From Dehalococcoidia bacterium (GTDB taxonomy: Bacteria > Chloroflexota > Dehalococcoidia > Lucifugimonadales > UBA3495): a stretch of DNA of 61,020 nt. Under the pieces are notes generated by a model. It did not search any database, was not told where the DNA came from, and saw only the letters and a program-made list of their open reading frames with translations. Shown here in pieces: positions 25,983 through 37,700 of the stretch. The position numbers and the translations under genes are program-made. Position 1 is the first letter of the stretch; each line of letters opens with the position of its first letter. Location: contig SHYG01000002.1 of assembly GCA_009692925.1 (NCBI GenBank), positions 1-61,020 on the forward strand. The letters are read 5' to 3'.

Positions 25983-27908
25983 ATGGAATTGGCCTGGCTA
26001 ATCCCGGTACTTAGCTTCATCGCCTTCCCCATCATCGTGTTTTGGGGCAAGCGGTTGCCCGGCGGGGGCGCGCCCCTGGCGATAGGGGCCATCGCCGCGG
26101 GGTTCGCACTGTTCTGGGTGGCGTTGCTGGGGTTTCTTGCCGCCACGCCGGATACCGAACACTGCCTGACTGATGCCGCCACCGGCACCCTGGCCTGCAA
26201 CTTCCAGCGGGCCTGGTTCAACGCCGGCTTGCCCGGCCTGCCCGACAGTGTGGCCTTGAGCTGGGGCATGACCATCGACCCGCTGGCCCTGGCGATGCTG
26301 GGGATGGTCACTTTGGTGGCCCTGATGGTGCAGATTTACTCCCTGGGCTACATGAAGGGCGACCCTCATTTCGGCTGGTACTACGCCTGCCACGCCCTCT
26401 TCGCCGCCGCCATGCTGACCCTGGTGCTGGCCGACAGCTTTCTGCTGCTGTACGTGGCGTGGGAGCTGGTGGGGGCCTGCTCCTACCTGCTCATCGGCTT
26501 CTGGCACGAGCGGCCGGCGGCCCGGGAAGCGGCCAAGAAAGCCTTCATCGTCACCCGCCTGGGCGACGTCGGGTTGCTGCTGGGCATCCTGCTCCTCTGG
26601 CGCGAGGTGGGCAGCTTCAGCATGACCGCGGCCTTTGAACTGGCCCACAGCGGTGAGATGAGCCACGGCGTGGCCACCGCCAGCTCTCTCTTGATGCTGC
26701 TGGGCGCCATGGGCAAGTCGGCGCAGTTCCCCTTCCATGTGTGGCTGCCCGACGCCATGGAGGGGCCAACCCCCGTCAGCGCCCTGATCCATGCCGCCAC
26801 CATGGTGGCGGCCGGCGTGTATTTGGTGGCCCGGGCTTTCCCCATCTTCCAGTACTCGGGCGATGCCTTGATGGCGGTGGCGATTGTGGGCCTGGTCACC
26901 GCCCTCATGGCGTCAACAATCGCCCTCACCTCCACCGATCTCAAGCGAATCCTGGCCTACTCCACCATCAGCCACCTGGGGTTGATGATGCTGTCCTTGG
27001 GAGCCGGAGGCTACACCGCTGCCCTGTTCCACCTGCTGGCCCACGGCTTCTCCAAGGCCCTGCTTTTCCTGGGCGCCGGCAGCGTGCTGCACAGCACCGA
27101 GCAGCAGGACATCCGTCACATGGGCGGGCTGCGCAAGGCCATGCCCCTCACGGCCTTGCTCTTCTCCCTGGGCGCGATGTCCCTGGGGGGCATCCCCATC
27201 CTGGCCGGGTTTTGGAGCAAGGACGAGGTGCTGTCCGCGGTCAGCCACGGGTTGCACCCGGTGTTCATTGTCCTGGCGCTGGTCACCGCCCTGCTTAGCG
27301 CCCTGTACATGGCCCGCGCCATGTTTGTGGTGTTCTTCGGCCCCTCGCCTGAAAGCGAGCACCACGACCATCCGGTGCACGACGCGCCGCTGGCCATGGC
27401 CGCGCCGATGGTGCTGCTCGGCGTGCTGGCGGCGGGCTTCGGGCTAATCAGCTTCAACTGGCCCGGCAGCTTCGGGGGCATAGGCTCCTTCCTCTTCTAC
27501 CATGAGCCCGAGGGGTTCCACTTCACCTGGTGGCTGGGCATTCTATCCACCATCCTGGCGGTGGCGGCCTTCGCCTTTGGATACCTGGTGTACGTGAGGA
27601 AGAGCCTGTCCCTGGAGGGCTTCCGCCGGAGCTTCGCGCCCGCCATCCGCGTGGTGGAGCGCAAGTACTACGTTGACGAGCTGTACCAGTGGGTGGTGGA
27701 CCGGGTGGTCATGGTGTTCTCCCGCTTCATCGCCCTCTTCGACCGGGCGGTGGTGAACGACGTGCTGGTCAACGGCCCGGCCAACTCTGCGCGCCGCCTG
27801 GGAGTGGCCATGCGCCTGCACGTGACGGGGCACGTGTACAGCTACGCCCTGGTCATGGCCCTGGGCGCGGCGGCATTGGCCATCCTCTGGTGGTGGCGGG
27901 TGGCATAG
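25983..27908 (+). CDS. nuoL: NADH-quinone oxidoreductase subunit L
   Basis: WELVGACSYLLIGFW and SAQFPFHVWLPDAMEGPTPVSALIHAATMV. Confidence 0.95.
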   Translation: MELAWLIPVLSFIAFPIIVFWGKRLPGGGAPLAIGAIAAGFALFWVALLGFLAATPDTEHCLTDAATGTLACNFQRAWFNAGLPGLPDSVALSWGMTIDPLALAMLGMVTLVALMVQIYSLGYMKGDPHFGWYYACHALFAAAMLTLVLADSFLLLYVAWELVGACSYLLIGFWHERPAAREAAKKAFIVTRLGDVGLLLGILLLWREVGSFSMTAAFELAHSGEMSHGVATASSLLMLLGAMGKSAQFPFHVWLPDAMEGPTPVSALIHAATMVAAGVYLVARAFPIFQYSGDALMAVAIVGLVTALMASTIALTSTDLKRILAYSTISHLGLMMLSLGAGGYTAALFHLLAHGFSKALLFLGAGSVLHSTEQQDIRHMGGLRKAMPLTALLFSLGAMSLGGIPILAGFWSKDEVLSAVSHGLHPVFIVLALVTALLSALYMARAMFVVFFGPSPESEHHDHPVHDAPLAMAAPMVLLGVLAAGFGLISFNWPGSFGGIGSFLFYHEPEGFHFTWWLGILSTILAVAAFAFGYLVYVRKSLSLEGFRRSFAPAIRVVERKYYVDELYQWVVDRVVMVFSRFIALFDRAVVNDVLVNGPANSARRLGVAMRLHVTGHVYSYALVMALGAAALAILWWWRVA

Positions 27909-29450
27909 ATGCAGGCTTTAGACCAGGCGGCCCTGTTTCTCATAGTGCTGGCGCCCCTGGCGGGGTCGCTGCTGGCCATGTTCATGTCTCGCGACCGGCC
28001 CAAGGACGCCTGGTACTTCGCCATTCTGGTGGCGGCCGTGACCCTGGCCCTGTCCATCTACATCTTCGTGCGCTACGACTACACCGCCGGCGGATACCAG
28101 CTTAGCCGCAGCTTTGGCTGGCTGGGGGCGCCGCTGGACATCAACCTGTCCCTGGGAGTGGATGGCATCTCCGCGCCCCTGGTGCTGCTCAACGGCATCA
28201 TCCTCATGGGGGGCGTGCTCATCGCCCAGACCATCAAGCACCGCACCCGGGACTTCTTCGTGCTGCTGCTGGCGTTGGGGGCCGGAGTCTTCGGGGTTTT
28301 CATTGTCCGCGACCTGTTCTTTCTGTTCTTCTTCTACGAGCTGGCGGTGCTGCCCATGTACCTGCTCATCGGAGTTTGGGGCAGCAGCACCGACTTCGGC
28401 ACTTTCCTGCGCACCAAGGAGTACGGCGCGATGAAGCTGATGCTGTATCTGGTGGCCGGCAGCGTGCTCATCTGGATTGGCATCTTGGCCCTGTACCTTG
28501 AAGCTGGACAGCAGGGCGTCTCCACCTTTGACATGGCCAAGCTGAGTGACTTGGCGCGGGACGGCGGGCTGGATCCCACGGTTCAGCGCTGGATCTTCCC
28601 CTTGTTTATGATCGGCTTTGGCGTGCTGGCCGGGTTGTGGCCCTTCCACACCTGGTCGCCCGACGGCCACGTGGCGGCGCCCACCTCGGTGAGCATGCTC
28701 CACGCCGGGGTGCTGATGAAGCTGGGGGCCTACGGCATCATCCGGGTGGGGATGGACCTGACGCCAGCAGGCGCCGAGTTCTGGATGCCGGTGCTCATCG
28801 GCCTCGGCACGGTCAACGTGCTCTACGGCGCCATCTCCGCCATGTCCCAGGGCGACCTTAAGTACGTCATCGGCTACTCCAGCGTCAGCCACATGGGATA
28901 CGTGCTGATGGGCATTGCCACGCTGCACCCCATTGGCGTTGCCGGGGCTGTGCTCCAGATGTTCTCCCACGGCATCATGACGGCCCTCTTCTTCGTCCTG
29001 GTGGGGGCGATCTACGACCGCGCCCACATCCGGGACTCCCACATCCTCAACGGACTGTTCAAAAGGATGGGGGTGGTCAGCTTCTGCTTTGCCATCGCGG
29101 GTTTGGCGTCCCTGGGTTTGCCGGGCTTCAGCGGGTTCATCGCCGAGTTCATGGTGTTCACCGGCGCGTTCCAAAGCGACGTGCGCCTGGGGTTCGTGCC
29201 GATGGCCTTGCTGGCGGGAGGGCTGGGTGTGGTGGGCGCGGCGATTACCGCGGTGTACATCCTGCGACTGCTGGCCCGCACCTTTTTCGGCGAGGCCGAC
29301 CGCCAGTGGGCGCACCTCACCGACGCCAGTCCGGTGGAGAAGGGGGTGGCGGGCGCCTTCGTGCTCATCCTGGTGGTCGTGGGCGTCTGGCCCGAGCCGT
29401 TCCTGCGGGTCATCAACGTCAGTGTGGCGACCCTGCTGGAGGCCTTTTAG
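27909..29450 (+). CDS. nuoM: NADH-quinone oxidoreductase subunit M
   Basis: PFHTWSPDGHVAAPTSVSMLHAGVLMKLG. Confidence 0.95.
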   Translation: MQALDQAALFLIVLAPLAGSLLAMFMSRDRPKDAWYFAILVAAVTLALSIYIFVRYDYTAGGYQLSRSFGWLGAPLDINLSLGVDGISAPLVLLNGIILMGGVLIAQTIKHRTRDFFVLLLALGAGVFGVFIVRDLFFLFFFYELAVLPMYLLIGVWGSSTDFGTFLRTKEYGAMKLMLYLVAGSVLIWIGILALYLEAGQQGVSTFDMAKLSDLARDGGLDPTVQRWIFPLFMIGFGVLAGLWPFHTWSPDGHVAAPTSVSMLHAGVLMKLGAYGIIRVGMDLTPAGAEFWMPVLIGLGTVNVLYGAISAMSQGDLKYVIGYSSVSHMGYVLMGIATLHPIGVAGAVLQMFSHGIMTALFFVLVGAIYDRAHIRDSHILNGLFKRMGVVSFCFAIAGLASLGLPGFSGFIAEFMVFTGAFQSDVRLGFVPMALLAGGLGVVGAAITAVYILRLLARTFFGEADRQWAHLTDASPVEKGVAGAFVLILVVVGVWPEPFLRVINVSVATLLEAF

Positions 29451-29456
29451 AGTGCC

Positions 29457-31007
29457 ATGCCAGGACTAACCGAAAACCTGCTGCTGCTGACCCCAGAGTT
29501 CGCCCTCACCGGGCTGGCGCTGCTAGTGTTGGCCGTGGACCTGTTCCTGCCGGAGAGTCGAAAAGGCTGGCTGGCGCTGATCTCCATCGTTGGACTGCTG
29601 GGTTTGGCCGTGTTGTCGGTGGTAATGCTGCAGGGCCGGGAGGAGACGCTGTACGGCGGACTGCTGGCGGTGGACCGGTTTGCCCTGGTGTTCAAGGTCT
29701 TCTTCCTGGGATTGGGCGTGCTGATTATCCTCAGTTCCGTGGACTTTGTCCGCAAGCACCTGAGCCACCCCGGCGAGTTCTACGGAATACTTCTGCTTTC
29801 GATTCTGGGCATGAACTTCATGGCCCAGGCAAGGGAGCTGCTGACCGCCTACATCGCCCTGGAGCTGCTCAGCTTCAGCCTCTATGTCCTCACCGCCTAC
29901 GCCCGGTCCAACCCCAAGTCTAACGAGGCAGGGCTGAAGTACATCATAATCGGCGCCTTCTCCTCAGCCTTGCTGCTCTACGGGCTCAGCATGGTCTACA
30001 GCTCCCTGGGGACCACCTCCTTCGCTGCCATCCGGGACGCGCTGGCCTCCGGCGCCGGGGCCGGCCCAACCCTCTGGGTGGGATTGGCCCTGCTGATAGT
30101 TGGCCTGGGCTTCAAGCTGGCGGCGGTGCCCTTCCACATGTGGGCACCCGACGTTTACGAAGGCGCATCCCTGCCGGTAACTGCGTACCTGGCCATCGGC
30201 TCCAAGGCCGCGGCCTTCGCCCTGGTGTTGCGCCTCTTCGCCGAAGGCATTGTGCCGGTGGTGGACATCTGGTCCCGATGGCAGATCATTGTGGCGGTCA
30301 TGGCCGCCGTCACCATGCTGGTGGGCAACCTGGTGGCGCTGGCCCAGCGCAACCTCAAGCGGCTCATGGCCTACTCCAGCATCGGCCATGTGGGGTTCCT
30401 GCTGGCCGGCATCGCGGCCCTGGGCCCCGGCGACACCCTAGTGGCCAACGGCATCATTCTCTATCTGGTGGGCTACGCGGTAACCAGCATTGTGGTGTTC
30501 GCCGCGCTCATCGCCTTCTTCAACCACACCGGGCAGGAGGAGATTGCCGATTTGGCCGGGCTGGCCGACCGGCAGCCCTTCCTGGCGGCGGCCCTGGCCA
30601 TCGGGATGTTCTCCCTCAGCGGCCTGCCCATATTCGCGGGGTTCACCATCAAGTTCTACCTGTTCACCGCCGTAGCCCGGGCCGGCTTCCTATGGCTCGC
30701 GGCCTTGGCGGTGTTCGCCAGCTTCATCTCCCTCTACTACTACCTCCAGGTCATCCGGCAAATGTACATCCAGCCCGCACCGGGCGCTCCTCCCGAGCAG
30801 AGCCACGGCCACGCCGCCGAACCGCCGCCAGATTCTAACGCCCATGGCGCAGCGCCGGACGCGGCCTCCGCCATCCCCTCTCCCGGCTGGCGGCTGGCGC
30901 TGGTGCTGGGACTGGGACTGGCAGGCGTATTCTGGCTGGGTGTCTACCCCGCGCCGCTGGTAGCAATCATCGAGGGCGCCAGCCGGGCCATCCTGCCCGG
31001 AGGGTAG
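29457..31007 (+). CDS. nuoN: NADH-quinone oxidoreductase subunit N
   Basis: AAVPFHMWAPDVYEGASLPVTAYL. Ala/Pro-rich insertion near the C-terminus. Confidence 0.95.
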   Translation: MPGLTENLLLLTPEFALTGLALLVLAVDLFLPESRKGWLALISIVGLLGLAVLSVVMLQGREETLYGGLLAVDRFALVFKVFFLGLGVLIILSSVDFVRKHLSHPGEFYGILLLSILGMNFMAQARELLTAYIALELLSFSLYVLTAYARSNPKSNEAGLKYIIIGAFSSALLLYGLSMVYSSLGTTSFAAIRDALASGAGAGPTLWVGLALLIVGLGFKLAAVPFHMWAPDVYEGASLPVTAYLAIGSKAAAFALVLRLFAEGIVPVVDIWSRWQIIVAVMAAVTMLVGNLVALAQRNLKRLMAYSSIGHVGFLLAGIAALGPGDTLVANGIILYLVGYAVTSIVVFAALIAFFNHTGQEEIADLAGLADRQPFLAAALAIGMFSLSGLPIFAGFTIKFYLFTAVARAGFLWLAALAVFASFISLYYYLQVIRQMYIQPAPGAPPEQSHGHAAEPPPDSNAHGAAPDAASAIPSPGWRLALVLGLGLAGVFWLGVYPAPLVAIIEGASRAILPGG

Positions 31008-31077
31008 TTCCGGCCCCACTGGAGGCACGTACTTACTAAGCCCTGCATAACTGTCCAAATCGGTTGGCAAGGATGCG

Positions 31078-31135
31078 CGGACAAAATCCCCCCGCGCCCC
31101 CTTTCGCGAAAGGGGGCGCGGGGGGATTTCCGTCC
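31078..31135. repeat. GC-rich palindromic element, copy E (contains a perfect 46-nt palindrome at 31083..31128)
   Basis: AAATCCCCCCGCGCCCCCTTTCGCGAAAGGGGGCGCGGGGGGATTT. Lies 70 nt after the nuoN stop and could act as a terminator. Confidence 0.9.
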
Positions 31136-31200
31136 CGGCTGCTCCCCAAGCGAACTAGATATTTATGCAAGGGTCGTCAGGATAAGTGCCAGTCCACCCC

Positions 31201-31305
31201 TAGCAGGGTGCTGAAAAAGGGGTCGACGGCCCGGAACCGCCCCAATTGTCGTATCTGAGAGCCCGTCCATTTTTCGCAAAATCGGGGTTTTTCAGCAGCC
31301 TGCTA
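31201..31305 (+). mobile_element. 105-bp MITE copy 2
   Basis: TAGCAGGGTGCTGAAAAAGGGGTCGACGG ... GGGGTTTTTCAGCAGCCTGCTA. Intergenic. Confidence 0.9.
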
Positions 31306-31410
31306 GGCTCAGCGGCTTTCGGCTAAACCCCAGTCTGCTATAATCAGAATCTGCAGGGGCGTTCTGCCCTCTTCAGTTCAAGTAAGCTCAACCTAAGGCG
31401 GTTTTGTCTC

Positions 31411-33594
<2,184 letters not shown>

Positions 33595-33759
33595 AAGGTG
33601 CGCCGCGGCGAGTCGGAGCCGGAAGAGGAGTAGGCCAAGTCAGCCTCGGCGCTCCATCCGCGAACTGTGCTGTCCACACCTAGCCCTTGCCTGGCCCTTG
33701 ATGGTCATGGCCCTCCGTTTGTGATATAAAATACACGAACCATCTGTGGAGGTAGTGGC

Positions 33760-34773
33760 ATGACTACAAAAATCGGCATCAACGGCTTTGGCAGAATTGG
33801 GCGCTTGGTCACCCGCGCCATCATGGCCCGGTACCCGGACACCCTCCAGGTGGCCGCGATTAACGACCTGACCGACGCCAAGACCAACGCCCATCTGTTC
33901 AAGTACGACACCAACTACGGCATCTACCCCGGTGAGGTGGAGGCCCAGGGCAATGACCTGGTCATTGACGGCAACATCATCCGCGTCTTCTCCGAGCGCG
34001 ATCCCAGCCGCATCCCCTGGTCCGAGATGGGCGTGGACCTGGTGGTGGAGTCCACCGGCATCTTCACCGACGCCGACAAGGCCGCCGGCCACCTCAAGGG
34101 TGGCGCCAAGAAGGTAATTATCTCTGCTCCCGCCAAGGGCGAGGATCTCACCATCGTGCTGGGGGTCAACGACCAGATGTACGATGCCCGCAAGCACCGC
34201 ATCGTTTCCAACGCCTCCTGCACCACCAACTGCTTCGCCCCCATGGTCAAGATCCTCCACGACTCCTTCAAGGTGGAGCACGGCCTCATGTCCACCATCC
34301 ACTCCTACACCAACGACCAGGCCATTCAGGACCAGCGCCACTCGGACCTGCGCCGCGCCCGCGCTGCGGCCCAGAACATTATTCCCACCAGCACTGGCGC
34401 GGCCAAAGCGGTGGGCTCCGTGCTTCCCGAGCTCAATGGCAAACTCCACGGCATCGCCTTCCGCGTGCCCACGGCCTCAGTGTCCGTCACCGACTTCACC
34501 GCCACCGTGGGGCGTGGCACCACCGTGGATGAGGTCAACCAGGCGTTCAAGCAGGCAGCCCTGGGCCAGATGAAGGGCGTGCTGCAGTATTGCGACGAGC
34601 CCCTGGTCAGTTCCGACTTCAAGGGCAACACCCACAGCTGCATCTTCGACGCCCTGTCCACCATCGTCATGGAGAAGCGCATGGTCAAGGTCATGGGCTG
34701 GTACGACAACGAGTGGGGTTACTCCTGCCGCACCGCCGACCTTTGCGCTCTCATCAACGGAAAGGGTTTTTAG
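33760..34773 (+). CDS. gap: type I glyceraldehyde-3-phosphate dehydrogenase
   Basis: INGFGRIGR and SNASCTTNC. Confidence 0.95.
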   Translation: MTTKIGINGFGRIGRLVTRAIMARYPDTLQVAAINDLTDAKTNAHLFKYDTNYGIYPGEVEAQGNDLVIDGNIIRVFSERDPSRIPWSEMGVDLVVESTGIFTDADKAAGHLKGGAKKVIISAPAKGEDLTIVLGVNDQMYDARKHRIVSNASCTTNCFAPMVKILHDSFKVEHGLMSTIHSYTNDQAIQDQRHSDLRRARAAAQNIIPTSTGAAKAVGSVLPELNGKLHGIAFRVPTASVSVTDFTATVGRGTTVDEVNQAFKQAALGQMKGVLQYCDEPLVSSDFKGNTHSCIFDALSTIVMEKRMVKVMGWYDNEWGYSCRTADLCALINGKGF

Positions 34774-34794
34774 CTCTCTCCGAGTGTCCAAGCT

Positions 34795-37700
34795 TTGCTC
34801 GGGTGGGTAACTAGCCTGCCGTTCGTGACGCGCCTCCAGCGCCAGGGCCGGCAGGCTCTGTTGTCCTCCACGCTGCTGCTTTGGGTCATCCTCGCTCTTG
34901 CTCTAGTCCTGCGGCTTCACGGCCTTAACTGGGATCAGGGCTACGGCTTCCACCCCGACGAGCGCTCCATCTACATGCGGGCCGGCTGCATGTACGACCT
35001 GCTGGCGGAGGCCCCCGGCTATCAGGCCTGCCTGGTGGACCACCCTCAGACCCAGCCGGGACTGCCCAGCCTCAGCGTGCTGCTGGACCCAAACCGCAGC
35101 CCGCTTAACCCCCACTGGTTCCCCTTGGGCAGCGTTCTGATCTACATCTTGGTCTACGCCCGCGCCATCATCGAGCTGTTTGGCGACTTCACCGCCCTGG
35201 ACCTGCGCTACGTGGGTCGTCCCCTGTCCGCTTTGGCCGACGTGGGCAGTGTTTATCTGGTGTACCTGCTGGGCCGTCGAATGTACGGGCGTGGAGTGGG
35301 CCTGCTGGCGGCGGCGCTCACCGCCCTGGCGGTCATCCACATTCAGAACAGCCACTTCTACCGGCCCGAAACCTTCTCGGCGTTCTTTACCCTAGCAGCC
35401 TTCTGGGGGATGCTGCGCATGGCGCAGCACCGGCGTTGGCGCGACTCGGCGCTGCTGGGCCTGCTGGTGGGGCTGGCCCTGGCGCCCAAGGTCAACGTCC
35501 TGCCGCTCCTGCTGCCCCTGGCGCTGGCCTACCTCTACCGCTTTCGGGACTCTTTGGGCGGCCATGCCGCGGTGCGCCCCAGCGGAGCAGCGGCCCAGAC
35601 CCTGGCCCATGCATCCCTGGCGGCGGTGGTGGCTCTGGGCGCGTTCTTCGCCACCAGCCCCTATGCCCTGCTGGACTTCAAGAGTTTTGTCGCCGAACAG
35701 GCGGCCCAGGCCAACATGGCGCGCCACGCCGGCCTGTGGCCCTTCACCATCCAGTACATCGGCACGCCCCCGTTCCTGTACCAGATGCGCCAGAGTATAG
35801 TGTGGGGCCTCGGCATCCCCCTGGGGATTATCGCCTGGGCCAGCATCCCGTTAACCGCGGCGCTGGCTTACTGGCATCGGCACACCCGCCGCGCCGACCT
35901 GCTCCTGCTGGCCTGGGTGGTGCCCAGCCTCCTGCTCCTGGAGAGCTTCCAGGTGCGCTTCCTGCGGTACTTGTTCCCGCTGATCCCGTTCATGCTGTTG
36001 ATGGGGGCCAGGGTAATGCTCTGGCTGGTGGACCTGGCCCGCGCCAGGTCCACCGCGACCGCACCAGTTCCCGATGGAACTCCGCCAGGCGAAGGCCCCC
36101 CTCCCCCCCCTTCGCCTCGCCTTGCGAAACGTAAGGAAAGGGGGGTTAGGGGGGATTTTCCCCGGCACGGCTGGATCACCCCAGTCCTGGACAAATATCT
36201 GCCCTGGCTTGCCGCCGCCCTGGTAGTCCTGGTGGTGGCTGCCACCGCCTTCTACACCCTGGCCTTTCAGCGCATCTACAGCCGCGAGCACCCGGCGGTG
36301 GCGGCCTCCCGCTGGATCAACGAAAATGTCTCCGAAAAGACTGCCTTCGTCAGCGACAACCACTGGGATGAGTACCTGCCCAACTTGTACCGCTACACCG
36401 TCTGGCAGTTTCCCGCCTACAATCCGGACACCCCGGAAAAGATGACCGACCTGTCCCGGCGCCTGTCTGGGTCGGAGTACGTGGTCTTTTACAGCCATCG
36501 CCCCTACGTCAGCGTAGCCCGCGCTCCCCAGCGGTTCCCCCTGACTGCCGCCTACTATCAGCAGCTCTTTCGGGGCGAGCTGGGCTACCGGCTGGAGCGG
36601 CGGTTTACTTCCTACCCCCAGTTGCTGGGCGTGGCCTTTCAGGACAACCCGTTTCCCGACGCCGGGCTGCCCCCGCCACAACCTGACGCGCCGGACTTGG
36701 ACGCTCCCCTCCTTGCGCTGGACCTGGGCTACGCCGACGACAACGTGGCGGGCTACGATCACCCCACAGTGCTGGTGTTCCGCAACATCGCCCACTTGTC
36801 GCAGGCCGAGCTTTCCCGCCGCCTGGACGGGCCTGCCCCCGAAGACGCGGCAACGGGACTGATGCTGTCCCCAGAGCAGAAGGCGGCCCAGCGCGCGGGC
36901 GGCACCTGGTCCCAGATCATCCATCGCAACGGGTGGGCCAGCCGCTGGCCCGTCCTGGCCTGGCTGCTGGCGGTGGAGGCGATTTACCTGGTGTCCCTGC
37001 CCCTGGCAATGTTCCTGTTCCGGCCCCTGCCCGACCGAGGCATCGTCCTGGCCCGCATCCTGGGGTTGCTGGCGGTGAGCTACGTCGCCTGGCTGGCAGT
37101 CAGCTTGGGCTGGCTACCCTTTTCCCGATCCGCTATCCTGGTGGGATTCGCGGCGGTGGCCAGCCTGTCCTGGGTTGCCCTGGCGGCGACCTGGCGGGAC
37201 ACCCTGGCGTTCCTGCGCGCCCGCTGGCGACTGCTGCTCCTGGGCGAGGTGTTGTTCCTGACGGCCTTCCTGGCCTTCACGGCGGTGCGCGCCGCCAACC
37301 CGGACCTTTGGCACCCCTTCCGGGGCGGCGAGAAGCCCATGGAGCTGGCCTACCTCAACGCCGTGGTGCGCTCCACCGTGATGCCGCCCTACGACCCCTG
37401 GTTCGCCGGCGGCTATCTGAACTACTACTATTGGGGCTACTTTGTGGTGGCGGTGCTGGTCCGGATTACCGCCCTGCTGCCCACCACGGCCTTTAACCTG
37501 GCGGTGCCACTGTTCTTCGCCCTGACCTGCGCCGGGGCCTACTCCCTAGTCTACAACCTGGTGGAGGGTGCGCGCAGGCCGGAGCGCGGGGACGAACCCC
37601 CCTCCGCCCCCCTTTGCAAAGGGGGGCGGAGGGGGATTTCGTCCCCGGTTCCCCCTCCGATATGGGCCGGGCTGCTGGCGGCGCTCTTCGTGGCGGTCAT

